Assembly: GCA_965279035.1 (NCBI GenBank)
Contig: OZ257142.1
Span: 4,136,667 to 4,200,666 of the forward strand
From: Bacteroidia bacterium
GTDB taxonomy: Bacteria > Bacteroidota > Bacteroidia > M30B66
Reading direction: 5' to 3'
Length of the DNA stretch: 64,000 bases
Shown: positions 52,678 to 63,300 of the stretch, one piece after another
How positions within the stretch are numbered: position 1 is the stretch's first letter
How the letters are laid out: each line of letters begins with the position of its first letter
Position numbers and translations under genes: made by a program
The notes under the pieces: generated by a model
Seen by the model: only the letters and a program-made list of their open reading frames with translations
Told to the model about the DNA's origin: nothing
The model's database searches: none

Positions 52678-55600
52678 TTTGAAACCTCCTCTTCCATTAA
52701 ATCACCAGTGTATAAATCTTCGCAATGATATTCGTGTCGTTTTTTAGGTAGAGGAGTTTTTAATTTTTTCCCTTTGCCTCCAGCTTTTAAAAGTTTTGCT
52801 GTAATACGCGCCCGTTCTGCATTTGCCTGCTTTTGAAGCTCTTCATTTCTAACTGCATCGTAGTAGCGAATTCCATCTACAAACGTCATTTCTACATGTG
52901 CTGAAATGGAAAGCGGATTGTCGCTCCAAATAACTATGTCGGCATCTTTTCCTGCTTTTAAACTTCCCGTGCTGGCATCAATTTTCAGCATACGAGCAGG
53001 ATTGATTGTTACCAATTTCAAGGCTTCTTCTTGTGTTAATCCACCGTACAAAATGGTCTTCGCTGCTTCTTGATTTAAACGTCGTCCCATTTCGGTATCA
53101 TCGGAATTAATTCCCGTGTTAACACCCATTTTTGTTAGAAGAGCAGCATTGTATGGAATGGCGTCATTCACTTCAAATTTATATGCCCACCAATCGGAAA
53201 ATGTAGAAGCATTGGCGCCATGTGCTTTGATTTTATCAGCCACTTTATATCCTTCGAGAATGTGGGTGAATGTATTCACATGAAATTTCATGCTATCGGC
53301 CACGTGTAGCAACATATTGACTTCCGATTGCACGTAGCTATGACAGGTAATATTTCGTTTGCCATCGATGATTTCGGCAATTGCATCCAATTCCAAATCG
53401 CGACGGAAAGGCTCCATTTTTATACGTTGTGAGGCACTTGCCTTTTCCCATAAAGCGCGATTTTTCTGATATTCTAACGCACGTTGAAATGCATCAAAAT
53501 ACACTTGCTCCACACCCATGCGAGTTTGTGGAAATCGAGAACGTTTGGAATCGCCCCAATTACTCTGTTTCACATTTTCACCCAAAGCAAACTTGATGTG
53601 CCCCGGAGCATTTTTATTCTTCATTTCTTCGGGAGTTTTTCCCCAGCGAAGTTTGATGACAGCCGATTGTCCACCAATAGGATTGGAAGAACCATGAAGC
53701 AATTGCGCCGAAGTAACACCACCTGCTAATTGAAAATAAATACCCGGATCGCTGCTTTCGATTACATCGCCGATGCGAACTTCTGCTGTATTATTTTGAC
53801 TTCCTTCATTCACACCACGTGTAATGGCGATGTGCGAATGTTCATCAATAATGCCCGGAGAAATATGCTTACCCGTTGCATCGATTATAGTGATTTTTGC
53901 CCCTTTGGGAGATTGAGAAGAAACATCGAGGTTTTGACCAATGGCGATTATTTTTCCTTGATGAATGAACAAATCTGTATGTTCTAATTTTCCTGCTTGA
54001 TCGCTTGTCCAGATAGTTGCATTGGTAAACAAAACGCTTTCTTCCTTCAAGATACTGTCTGAACCAAATCCACCAAATGGGTAATTCAAGTGAAGTGAAT
54101 CGACCGTAAAATATTGACTTGTATCGGCTTTGGTGCTGTCTTTATATGATTCGGTAAAACGGGCAATCCAATTGAATTCTTTTCCAATTGAATTAGCTCC
54201 TTTACCAGAAATATTCGTCTCATTTTCTGTTGAGTAAATGCTTCCATTGAGTCGAATTGGATCTCCAAAAGATGAATGAGTAAACTGAATATCGACGCGA
54301 CTTCCATTGATATTCATGCTCACCTTTGAAGATTCTTTCCCAACAAGTAGATTGGCTTCAGGCTTCGATGCAGATTGACGAATATCCAAGATCGATTCGG
54401 GAAAACCATCGGCAGTAAGTGTCCATTTTCCTCGGAGATCTTTTGGTTGATAAGGCTCTGCATCGTACGCTATACCTTGAACCCAGGTTTGAACTATGCG
54501 ATTGGAAGGATGGAAAAGCGTATCGCTCGAAAGGAAAAAGCTGGCTTCCATTCCAGTTTTGATTGAGCCAATTCTATTTTCTGCACCTATCATTTTCGCT
54601 GGCGATGAAGTAAGTGCTCGTAAAGCTTCTTTAGCGGGAAGTCCAGCTTTAACAGCTTTTGAGAGCATATCCATGGTTTGACTTACGTCTTTCAATCCAG
54701 CAGAAGAAAATGCAAATGGAATTCCTAAGCGATATATTACTGCTGCGTTTGTTGCAGCGGCTTCCCAATGCATTAAATCGGCAAGAGGAATATGTCGGGC
54801 TGCATAGGTATCGTTTACATCCCAACCTTCGGGAAGGTTTAAAGGAAGAATCAATTGAACGCCTGCTTCTTTTATTTCTTCACTTCGTTGATAGGCATCA
54901 TCGACTCCAAATACGATGAATTTCTTTCCAAACTCCTCCCCTATTTTGGAAACGCGAAGTATGTCTTCCCAATTGGAGCAAGTGAAAATGGCAGGTATTT
55001 TTTCTTGCTCTTTGATTGCTTCATACGATTGATTGGTATATCGTGCATTTCCACCTTGAGCATACCATTGAGCATCATACATCGTTTGGCGGAGAAGTGC
55101 GATGCTTCCCATCAAAGAGGAAGGATAATCTTGCGATGAACTTCCTTTATCGAAAGAATAAAACGAAGCAGCTTTTTCTTTCAGAATGACTTCTTGCTGT
55201 TTTTTATCCGCCAGGCTAACCAAAACTCCTGTCCCACGCATGATTCCGTCTTGTGCATGGCTCAACATTGAACCAAAACCAGCTTTCCTTAAACTAGCTG
55301 CTCGGGATGCATCAACACTGAAATTTTCTACTGCATTCACTTCGGGATGAATGGCCATATTCCAACTGTAAGCCCCGGCATCTGTGCGATCGGCTGATTC
55401 TTCTGAGCGACGTTTTCGTCCTTCAGGTTGAGGAATTCCGTATCCAGACCAAAGTTCGACAAAGGCTGGATAAAGGTGTTTCCCATTTTGGGGAAGAACT
55501 ACAGCTCCAACAGGAATTACAATGGAAGTTCCCACGTTTAAAATAACACCATCGCGAATAAGAATGGTTGCGTTTGGAATGACTTCATCGGCCGAACTGT

Positions 55601-55727
55601 GAACAGTAACGTGTGTAATGGCATAGGTTAAATGCCGCTCATCGGGTACGCCATTCACGGGATGTGGAATCTGTGCAGAAGCTCTGTATGAGAGAAGAAC
55701 CAGAAGAATAATAGAAAGCTGCTTCAT
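52674..55727 (-). CDS. Exported two-domain amidohydrolase-family protein
   Basis: Second domain has PGIIDEHSH, KFALGEN, CHSY, THILE, NSDD, GSLKAGKDAD; start set at MKQLSII (55727). Confidence 0.9.
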   Translation of the reverse strand: MKQLSIILLVLLSYRASAQIPHPVNGVPDERHLTYAITHVTVHSSADEVIPNATILIRDGVILNVGTSIVIPVGAVVLPQNGKHLYPAFVELWSGYGIPQPEGRKRRSEESADRTDAGAYSWNMAIHPEVNAVENFSVDASRAASLRKAGFGSMLSHAQDGIMRGTGVLVSLADKKQQEVILKEKAASFYSFDKGSSSQDYPSSLMGSIALLRQTMYDAQWYAQGGNARYTNQSYEAIKEQEKIPAIFTCSNWEDILRVSKIGEEFGKKFIVFGVDDAYQRSEEIKEAGVQLILPLNLPEGWDVNDTYAARHIPLADLMHWEAAATNAAVIYRLGIPFAFSSAGLKDVSQTMDMLSKAVKAGLPAKEALRALTSSPAKMIGAENRIGSIKTGMEASFFLSSDTLFHPSNRIVQTWVQGIAYDAEPYQPKDLRGKWTLTADGFPESILDIRQSASKPEANLLVGKESSKVSMNINGSRVDIQFTHSSFGDPIRLNGSIYSTENETNISGKGANSIGKEFNWIARFTESYKDSTKADTSQYFTVDSLHLNYPFGGFGSDSILKEESVLFTNATIWTSDQAGKLEHTDLFIHQGKIIAIGQNLDVSSQSPKGAKITIIDATGKHISPGIIDEHSHIAITRGVNEGSQNNTAEVRIGDVIESSDPGIYFQLAGGVTSAQLLHGSSNPIGGQSAVIKLRWGKTPEEMKNKNAPGHIKFALGENVKQSNWGDSKRSRFPQTRMGVEQVYFDAFQRALEYQKNRALWEKASASQRIKMEPFRRDLELDAIAEIIDGKRNITCHSYVQSEVNMLLHVADSMKFHVNTFTHILEGYKVADKIKAHGANASTFSDWWAYKFEVNDAIPYNAALLTKMGVNTGINSDDTEMGRRLNQEAAKTILYGGLTQEEALKLVTINPARMLKIDASTGSLKAGKDADIVIWSDNPLSISAHVEMTFVDGIRYYDAVRNEELQKQANAERARITAKLLKAGGKGKKLKTPLPKKRHEYHCEDLYTGDLMEEEVSK

Positions 55728-55856
55728 TTTCCAAATGTACACAGCAAACGTTCTTAGCAAAGCGGTACAGGTGAAATGAAAAAAGATTCTTCGAGTTGAT
55801 GGATATTTCCAGTTATAGAGAATGGTTTGATTCGTTCTTGTTGTTGATTTCTAATC

Positions 55857-56315
55857 TTACTTCCAATAATTTTTCATTAAATCTGCAACCCAATCAGGTT
55901 GCCTGATTTCTCCTTTCGGCAGGAATTCCTTAAAAACGGGTTTAATATCTATAATAGGAGTTCCGTCAATTGCATCTAAATATTTTACTTTTATTGATCT
56001 ACCATTATGCTCCAGAAGTTCTACCGTGCATAGTCCAATCGTATTGGGACGGTCTTTTTTGCGTTGCCCCAAAATTCCAACTACTGGATAATTCGGATTT
56101 CCTCTTGGTCTGCCAGAAAAAACAATGTCTTCAGTTCTAACCTTGTCGAAGAAATAAATTATTTCAAGATGAGAAAAGTTGGAAATGTTCTCAAATGCCT
56201 CTGAAGGAATATGGTCTTCGAGTTCAATATCTGCAATAACTGATTCCCAATTGTCATCAATAGGTTCTGTTCTTGAATTTCGAACTGTTGCAATAGAATT
56301 TAATTTTATTTCCAT
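55857..56315 (-). CDS. TrmO/TsaA (YaeB)-like SAM-binding protein
   Basis: FSHLEIIYFF, GILGQR..DRPNTIGL, LDAIDGTPIIDIKP. Confidence 0.85.
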   Translation of the reverse strand: MEIKLNSIATVRNSRTEPIDDNWESVIADIELEDHIPSEAFENISNFSHLEIIYFFDKVRTEDIVFSGRPRGNPNYPVVGILGQRKKDRPNTIGLCTVELLEHNGRSIKVKYLDAIDGTPIIDIKPVFKEFLPKGEIRQPDWVADLMKNYWK

Positions 56316-56396
56316 GATTGTTTGAAATAAGTAGTTGAATAAAAAATCCTGTTAATTCAACATATTAATTTAACATGTAAATACCCCCAATCCTCC

Positions 56397-58874
56397 TTAA
56401 TTCGCAGGATCAACATCCAAAATCACCCGAAAATTTTTAAGCGGAAACTCCTGAAAAAACACCTCGATTTGTTTGAGCAATTCTTCTTTTACCTTTTTAA
56501 GTGAAACTTCGGGTTCGATTTTCATCAAAATCCGTTTCTGAAAAAGATTTCGAACACGCGCTACTGGCGGATATTCTGGACCCAAAATTCTTCCCTGAAA
56601 TGTTTTTCGCAAAAATGTGGCAAGCAAGTCTGCTCCTTGATCGAGCGGATCGGTTGATTCATGCTTGAGCGTAATATGAATCAATCTAGAAAATGGTGGG
56701 TAAACATAGCGCCTTCTTTCTTCTATTTCTTCCTTAAAAAATCCTTCGTAATCGTGAGTCTGCACATATTTCAACACCGCATGTTCGGGCTTCCACGTTT
56801 GAATTAAAACTCGACCGGGAATTTCTCTTCGTCCTGCTCGTCCTGCCACCTGAGAAAACAATTGAAAACTACGTTCAAAAGCCCTGAAATCAGGATAATT
56901 GAGCATACTATCAGCACTTAAAACGGCTACTAAATCTACCTCGTCGAAATCGAGCCCTTTGGTGACCATCTGTGTTCCAATGAGCACCTGTATGCGTTTT
57001 TGTTCAAAATCTTCAATCAGTTTGTGGTAGGCATATTTCGAACGTGTAGTGTCTAAATCCATCCGCGCTAAAGTTGCATCCGGAAAAATCGCTGCTAATT
57101 CCTCTTCAATTTTTTCAGTTCCGAATCCTTTCATGCGTAAATCGGTTGATGCACATTCGGCACAAGAAGAAGGCACATTCATGCTGTAACCGCAGTAATG
57201 ACAACGAAGTTGATGAATGGCTTTATGGTACGTTAATGAAATATCGCATTGAACACAATGTGGCACCCAATGACATTTATTGCATTCGATCATGGGCGCA
57301 AAACCACGTCGGTTCTGGAATAAAATTACTTGGCGTTTTTTCTGAAGACTATCCGTCATTTCCTGAACCAATGCTGGAGAAAAAATGCCATTCATGCGGC
57401 GGCGTTTGGTGTCTTCACGTAAATCGTTGATGAAAACTTCCGGAAGCACCGATCCTCCAAAACGCTCGTCGAGTTTCACTAATTTGTACTTCCCTTGACT
57501 AGCATTGTAATAGCTTTCGAACGAAGGTGTTGCAGAACCCAAACAAATATCGGCTTTGAACTGTGAGGCCAACATGATTGCAGCATCACGCCCATGATAG
57601 CGCGGCGATGGTTCATTTTGCTTGAAACTCGATTCGTGTTCTTCGTCGATAATGATCAATCCTAAATTTCGAAAGGGCAGAAATACAGAGGAGCGAGCAC
57701 CCAAAACAATCATTCCGGCATCAGGATCACAATTCGCAACAGCATTCCACACCTCAACGCGTTCGTTTTCGCTAAAACGACTATGATACACCTGAACCTT
57801 CCGCCCAAAATGTATCCGCAGTCGATTAATGATTTGAGCAGTTAAAGCAATTTCGGGCAACATGTATAACACTTGTTTCCCTTTTTGAATCTGCTCCTCG
57901 ATGAGTTGAATATAGATTTCTGTCTTCCCGCTTCCGGTCAAACCATAAAGCAAGGCTGGACGTCCTTCGGCAAACGATTCTTGAATTTGAGAAAGTGCTT
58001 CGGCTTGTGCTGGGCTGAGCTTTATGAATGCATCTTCATCGGCTTGCCCAGTTAATCGACTTATTGGAACATCTTCTAAAACAAAAATTCCCTTTTTAAC
58101 CAACTGCATAATAGTAGCTGGCGTTTGGCCTGTTTTAGAAAGCAGTTCTTTGCGACGAATGGGTGGAAAATCGTGCGTTTTCCCAGGAGATATACTCAGA
58201 AAAGCTAAAATGAGTTCCTGCTGTTTTGGAGCACGTTTGAGTGTGTTTAATAATGCATGCAGCGCGTCTTCACCTTGATAATCTGTATGCAGATGTACCA
58301 AGCTCACTGTTCGGTGGCGGAAAAGATCTTTGAGTTCATCTTCGGCAGCAATGAGTCGTTTTTGAATCATCGCTCGGATGATTGGATAAACTGTCTTAAT
58401 TCCCGCAATATTCTCAACGTCTTTAATGCTCAATTCCTTGACTTTCCCTAGAGCTTCCAAAATGAGATATTCGCGATCGCTCAGTAACGTTGTGTCGGTT
58501 TCTTCGAGTGACGTAATTGCTCGAATAACTGTTTCGCTCGAAAGCTTGAGTCCAGCGGGAAGCGCAGCCTGCATGACTTCTCCCAAGTGACAGAGATAGT
58601 ATGAAGCCATCCATTCCCAAAATTGCAATTGCTGTTGGGAGATTCCTGGTTCTTCTTCGAGTAATTGTTCGATGTAACGTGCTTCGTAACCTTGTGGTGG
58701 TTTTTCATGCACATGATGCACGATGGCGGTATATTTCTTCTTTTTACCAAAAGGAACAACTACTCGTTGAAGCGGCTTGATAAAAGGAGCTAACAATTGA
58801 GGAACACGGTATGTGAACAACCTTGGCAATGCCAATGGCACAATCACATCAACAAAAACCGTTTGGCGTTCCAT
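56397..58874 (-). CDS. priA: Primosomal protein N'
   Basis: GLTGSGKTE, PEIALT, IIDEEH, QNRRGF, four CxxC pairs, GTQMVTKGLDF, QVAGRAGR, DVDP. Confidence 0.98.
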   Translation of the reverse strand: MERQTVFVDVIVPLALPRLFTYRVPQLLAPFIKPLQRVVVPFGKKKKYTAIVHHVHEKPPQGYEARYIEQLLEEEPGISQQQLQFWEWMASYYLCHLGEVMQAALPAGLKLSSETVIRAITSLEETDTTLLSDREYLILEALGKVKELSIKDVENIAGIKTVYPIIRAMIQKRLIAAEDELKDLFRHRTVSLVHLHTDYQGEDALHALLNTLKRAPKQQELILAFLSISPGKTHDFPPIRRKELLSKTGQTPATIMQLVKKGIFVLEDVPISRLTGQADEDAFIKLSPAQAEALSQIQESFAEGRPALLYGLTGSGKTEIYIQLIEEQIQKGKQVLYMLPEIALTAQIINRLRIHFGRKVQVYHSRFSENERVEVWNAVANCDPDAGMIVLGARSSVFLPFRNLGLIIIDEEHESSFKQNEPSPRYHGRDAAIMLASQFKADICLGSATPSFESYYNASQGKYKLVKLDERFGGSVLPEVFINDLREDTKRRRMNGIFSPALVQEMTDSLQKKRQVILFQNRRGFAPMIECNKCHWVPHCVQCDISLTYHKAIHQLRCHYCGYSMNVPSSCAECASTDLRMKGFGTEKIEEELAAIFPDATLARMDLDTTRSKYAYHKLIEDFEQKRIQVLIGTQMVTKGLDFDEVDLVAVLSADSMLNYPDFRAFERSFQLFSQVAGRAGRREIPGRVLIQTWKPEHAVLKYVQTHDYEGFFKEEIEERRRYVYPPFSRLIHITLKHESTDPLDQGADLLATFLRKTFQGRILGPEYPPVARVRNLFQKRILMKIEPEVSLKKVKEELLKQIEVFFQEFPLKNFRVILDVDPAN

Positions 58875-58978
58875 GGTGCAAAGATGCAGATTTGCTTTTA
58901 GGCTTTCCCTTTTTTCATCCGATCGCCTTGCGAGTTAATGGAGAATTTCCTACTTTGAATCGCTCAAACTTTTCAGCC

Positions 58979-59248
58979 ATGCAAACGAACTATAAAAATT
59001 GTCAGTCTTGTGGCATGCCTCTGAAGCGGGATGCTCAAGGCGGTGGAACGAATGCCGATGGATCACGCAGCACGGTTTATTGTTCGCATTGTTATTTGAA
59101 CGGTGCTTTTACGATGCCGCATTTAAAAGTGACCGACATGCAAGTTCGAGTAAAAGGGAAAATGCGTGAAATGGGTATGCCTGGATTTGTTGCAGGTTTT
59201 TTCTCTAGAGGAATTCCGCGTTTAGAGCGTTGGAAAAATGAAAACTAA
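58979..59248 (+). CDS. Putative zinc-ribbon protein
   Basis: CQSCGMP...GTNADGS....YCSHCY..G.F...IPRLERW; start set at ATG 58979. Confidence 0.85.
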   Translation: MQTNYKNCQSCGMPLKRDAQGGGTNADGSRSTVYCSHCYLNGAFTMPHLKVTDMQVRVKGKMREMGMPGFVAGFFSRGIPRLERWKNEN

Positions 59249-60009
59249 AGTGCTAATTCAATCAACACAGGGCAGTGGTCACTGTGTGTTGCATCGGGCA
59301 ATATGACTGCACGTTGAAGTTTGTCTTGCAGATTTTCGGTGATGCAAGCATAGTCGATACGCCAGCCCAAATTTTTACTTCTCGCACCAGCACGATAACT
59401 CCACCAAGTATAATGATGCGGATCTTTGTTGAGATGTCGAAATGAATCAACAAATCCGGTAGTTAGAAATCCTTCCATCCACTCTCTTTCTTCGGGAAGA
59501 AATCCGCTGCTTTTAGCATTGCTCACTGGATTGTGGATGTCGATTGCTCGGTGACAAATATTATAATCACCACAAACAATCAGTTTGGGACGTTCCTTTT
59601 TTAGCTCATGAATGAATTGTTGATAGTCGGACAAAAACTGCATTTTAAAAGCTTGACGTTCATCTCCACTCGAACCACTTGGAAAATAAGTATTGATTAT
59701 CGACCAATCACCAAAATCGAGACGCAGCGTACGACCTTCAAAATCATAGGCTTCGATTCCCATTCCTTCAACAATGCGATCGGGTTGATGCTTGCTCAAA
59801 ATGGCAACTCCGCTGTAGCCTTTTTTCTGCGCTGGAAATAAATAAGGCTCATATCCCAGTTGACGAAACAAATCCAAGTCGAGCTGATCTGCCTGACTTT
59901 TTATTTCCTGCAAACAAAGTAAATCGGGCTGTGTGGCTTGCATCCAATCGAGTAATCCTTTACTAAGTGCCGAACGGAGTCCATTTACATTGTAGGTAAC
60001 GATGCGCAT
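59245..60009 (-). CDS. xth: Exodeoxyribonuclease III
   Basis: MRIVTYNVNGLR, CLQEIK, GYSGV, GDYNICH, YTWWSYR, GWRIDY, SDHCP; start set at ATG 60009. Confidence 0.97.
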   Translation of the reverse strand: MRIVTYNVNGLRSALSKGLLDWMQATQPDLLCLQEIKSQADQLDLDLFRQLGYEPYLFPAQKKGYSGVAILSKHQPDRIVEGMGIEAYDFEGRTLRLDFGDWSIINTYFPSGSSGDERQAFKMQFLSDYQQFIHELKKERPKLIVCGDYNICHRAIDIHNPVSNAKSSGFLPEEREWMEGFLTTGFVDSFRHLNKDPHHYTWWSYRAGARSKNLGWRIDYACITENLQDKLQRAVILPDATHSDHCPVLIELAL

Positions 60010-60048
60010 TGTGAGTGATTTTGATTGGGCAAAGAAAGGAAAATATTG

Positions 60049-60208
60049 TGCTCCCTTCGACAAGCTCAGGGAGCACGACAAGCTCAAGGAGCACGACAAG
60101 CTCAAGGAACACGACAAGCTCAGGGAGCAAGACTGCTCTCGGAGCGTAACAAGCTAGTGAGAGCGACAAACTTAGTGAGCAGGCAGCTCGCTGAGCCTGT
60201 CGAAGCGA
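60049..60208. repeat. REP-like TTCGACAAGCTC hairpin, 4 x 18-bp tandem amplification and inverted partner
   Basis: TGCTCCCT-TCGACAAGCTC-AGGGAGCA; units CGACAAGCTCA(G/A)GGA(G/A)CA at 60058, 60076, 60094 and 60112; two decayed units; inverted TCGCTGAGCCTGTCGAAGCGA at 60188-60208. Confidence 0.88.
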
Positions 60209-60305
60209 AATGGTTCAATTTCCAACATTTTCTGGTGGATGATATAGGAAAGAGGCATTCTGACGTTGATGTGCATTTGGACTATCTTCGCCGGAAGGGC
60301 ATATT

Positions 60306-63300
60306 GTGCAGCGTTTACTAATGATCATCTTGGTTTTTATGATGATGGACGGGATTGTTTCCGCCCAAACAGTAAGCAGTTTGCGAAAACGAAACATCCT
60401 GCTTCAAGGTGATACCATTCGGATTGATACCTTCAGCATTGTTCAAGGTAGTTTTCAATTTTTAAAAGCTGGAAACGATACATCGAATTATCAATTGCTG
60501 GCTGACGAAGGCATTTTAGTAAGGAAATCAGGAAGGCAAAATCCTCCTTCTGATTCAATTAGTATTCAATATCGGGTCTTCCCATTTAATTTTTCGGAAC
60601 CAGTTCGAAACAAACAACGTCAACGTGCAACGCCCGAACAGCGCGGGATTTACAATCCATTTGTGTATACACCGAGCAAGAGCAATGAAAATTTACTCAA
60701 GTTCGAAGGATTGAATAAATCAGGTTCGATTTCGCGTGGTATTTCGGTGGGCAACAACCAAGATCTTTCGGTGAACTCAACCTTGAACCTTCAATTGTCG
60801 GGGAAATTAAGTTCCGACATCGACATCAGTGCTGCCATAACCGACGATAATATTCCCATTCAACCAGATGGAAATACGCAACAATTGCAGGATTTCGATC
60901 GCGTGTATATTCAGCTTTCGAACGAGAAAGCAAAATTGATTGTTGGAGATTTTCAAATTACTCGTCCTGAAAGTTATTTCATGAACTTCAACAAACGCTT
61001 GCAGGGCGGTAGTTTCGATACCCATTTCTCGACAGCCATTTTAGATGAAAAAAAGCATGCACCTGCCAAAGTGAAAATTGGTGGAAGTGCTGCAGTTGCT
61101 CGAGGACGATTTAATCGAAATCAGATTCAAGGTGTTGAAGGGAATCAAGGTCCGTATCGCTTGCGGGGCGCGAATAATGAGCAGTTTATTGTGATTCTTT
61201 CCGGATCGGAAAAAGTGTACATCGATGGTCGACAATTAAAACGAGGTCAGGAATTCGATTATGTAATCGACTACAATTCGGCAGAACTCACGTTTACTTC
61301 GCGCAGATTGATCACGAAAGACTTGCGCATTTTCGTTGAATTCGAATACTCCGATCGGAATTATGCTCGGTCGCTTTTGTACTTCAACAATGAAGTAGAA
61401 CAAGGAAAACTCACTACGCGCATCAATATTTATTCGGAACAGGATAGTCGAAATCAACCCTTACAACAACAACTCAATGCAGATCAGAAATTGGTTTTAG
61501 CTCAAGCGGGAGATAATCCTCAAAATGCCTTGATTGAATCGATTGATAGTGTTGGCTTTTCGGCCGATTTGATTTTGTATGATCAGCGTGACACGGTTGT
61601 CAATGGAGTGCTTTATCAACACATCTTGGTGTTTTCGACCAATCCAGATTCGGCATTGTATAAGGCCAGCTTTAGCAACGTGGGCGCTAACAAAGGCGAT
61701 TATGTGCAAGTAAATAGCATAGCCAATGGACGCGTTTATAAATGGGTAGCACCGATAAATGGAATTCCGCAAGGAAATTATGTTTCCAAAACCCAACTAA
61801 TTCCACCAATTAAGCGGCAAGTGATGACGTTTGGAACAGAATATCGTTTTAGTAAAACTTTCAAATTCACTTCCGAGGTTGCATATTCAAACTACGACGT
61901 CAATACGTTTTCATCCATTGGAAATAACGATAATGAAGGATATGCTTTCCGCGCAGCGATGGAAAAAACACAGCTTTTAGGGAAAGATAGCTTGCCTTGG
62001 AAGCTCGTTAGCACAGTAAGTTACGAGCAAGTTGATAAACATTTCAATCCCATTGAACGCTTTCGAAATGTGGAATTCGATCGTGATTGGAATCTTCAAA
62101 AAGTTATTAGTCAACCCGCTGCCGAATATTTACCGCGTGTGAATATCAACCTAAGTAAAAGTGCTATTGGAACGAACAATTACTTATTTACCGCTTTCTT
62201 AAAAGGTGATCAGCTGCGCGCAACGCAACATGCCTTGAACAGTGACATGAAGTTCAAAGGCTTTGCGTTAAATTATGCAGGTAGTTTAACCGATTCGAAA
62301 GGAACTGAGAATAATACCTTGTTTTACCGACATCGCACTACGTTTACCAAGGATATCCGATGGATTCAGCTAGGTTATAAAGACGAGTATGAGCACAATT
62401 TGCTGCGCGATGTTTTGCAAGATACTTTGAGAGCTACATCGTACACATTTTTCGATCGGCAGGCTTTTATTCAAAATGTAGATACCTCCAAAAGGAAATT
62501 TAATTTCTTCTACCGCATTCGAACAGATGAAGGTGTGTTAAACCGAAATTTGAAAGAATATGCATGGGCCGAGAATTATGGCTTTAGCATGGATTTATCG
62601 ACCAACGAAAACATCCAATTTAGAACAACAACAAGCTTTCGACGCTTGGATATTCGTGATACGGTATTAAGTAAATTAAAGCCTGAGCGCACCTTAGTCA
62701 ATCGGATAGAATTATCGGTTCGTGCATTAAAATCGAGCATCCAATCGAATACGTTTTATGAGGCTGGCAGCGGTTTAGAAACACGCAAATCGTTTAGCTA
62801 TTTAGAAGTTCAACCCGGACAAGGTGTTTATGCATGGACCGATTACAATGGTAATGGAATTAAGGAGTTGAATGAGTTTGAGGTTTCAGTTTTCCCTGAT
62901 CAAGCGCGCTACATTCGAGTGTTTACGCCAACAACCGATTTTATTCGTGTGTACTCAAGTTCTTTGAATGAAGCTTTGAATTTAAAAGCACCTAAAACAT
63001 GGACGCAATCGAAAGGAATTAAAAAATGGATAGCACGTATTTCGACACAATCTGCGCTTCGTTATGATGGAAGAACGACGAATACCAATGTGTTGGAAGC
63101 ATACAATCCGTTTAGTGCTGGTATTGAAGATTCGAGTTTAATCACATTAAATCAAACCTTAAGGAATTCTGTATTTTTCAATAAGAGCGATCCAAAATTT
63201 GGGTTTGACCTCAACTGGCAGCGCATAGGCACAAAAGCCTTATTGAATAATGGATTGGAAGCAAGAGAAAATCGGTTTAGCAATCACCGTATTCGATGGA

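Noticed and set aside
60010-60117. N-terminal SLSLSC-repeat extension of Xth and ORFs 59963-60169 / 60025-60321
   Set aside because: These are translations of the tandem repeat; ExoIII homology starts at ATG 60009.
60058-60129. Possible CRISPR array
   Set aside because: The 18-bp units are contiguous with no unique spacers, and there are no cas genes in the window.
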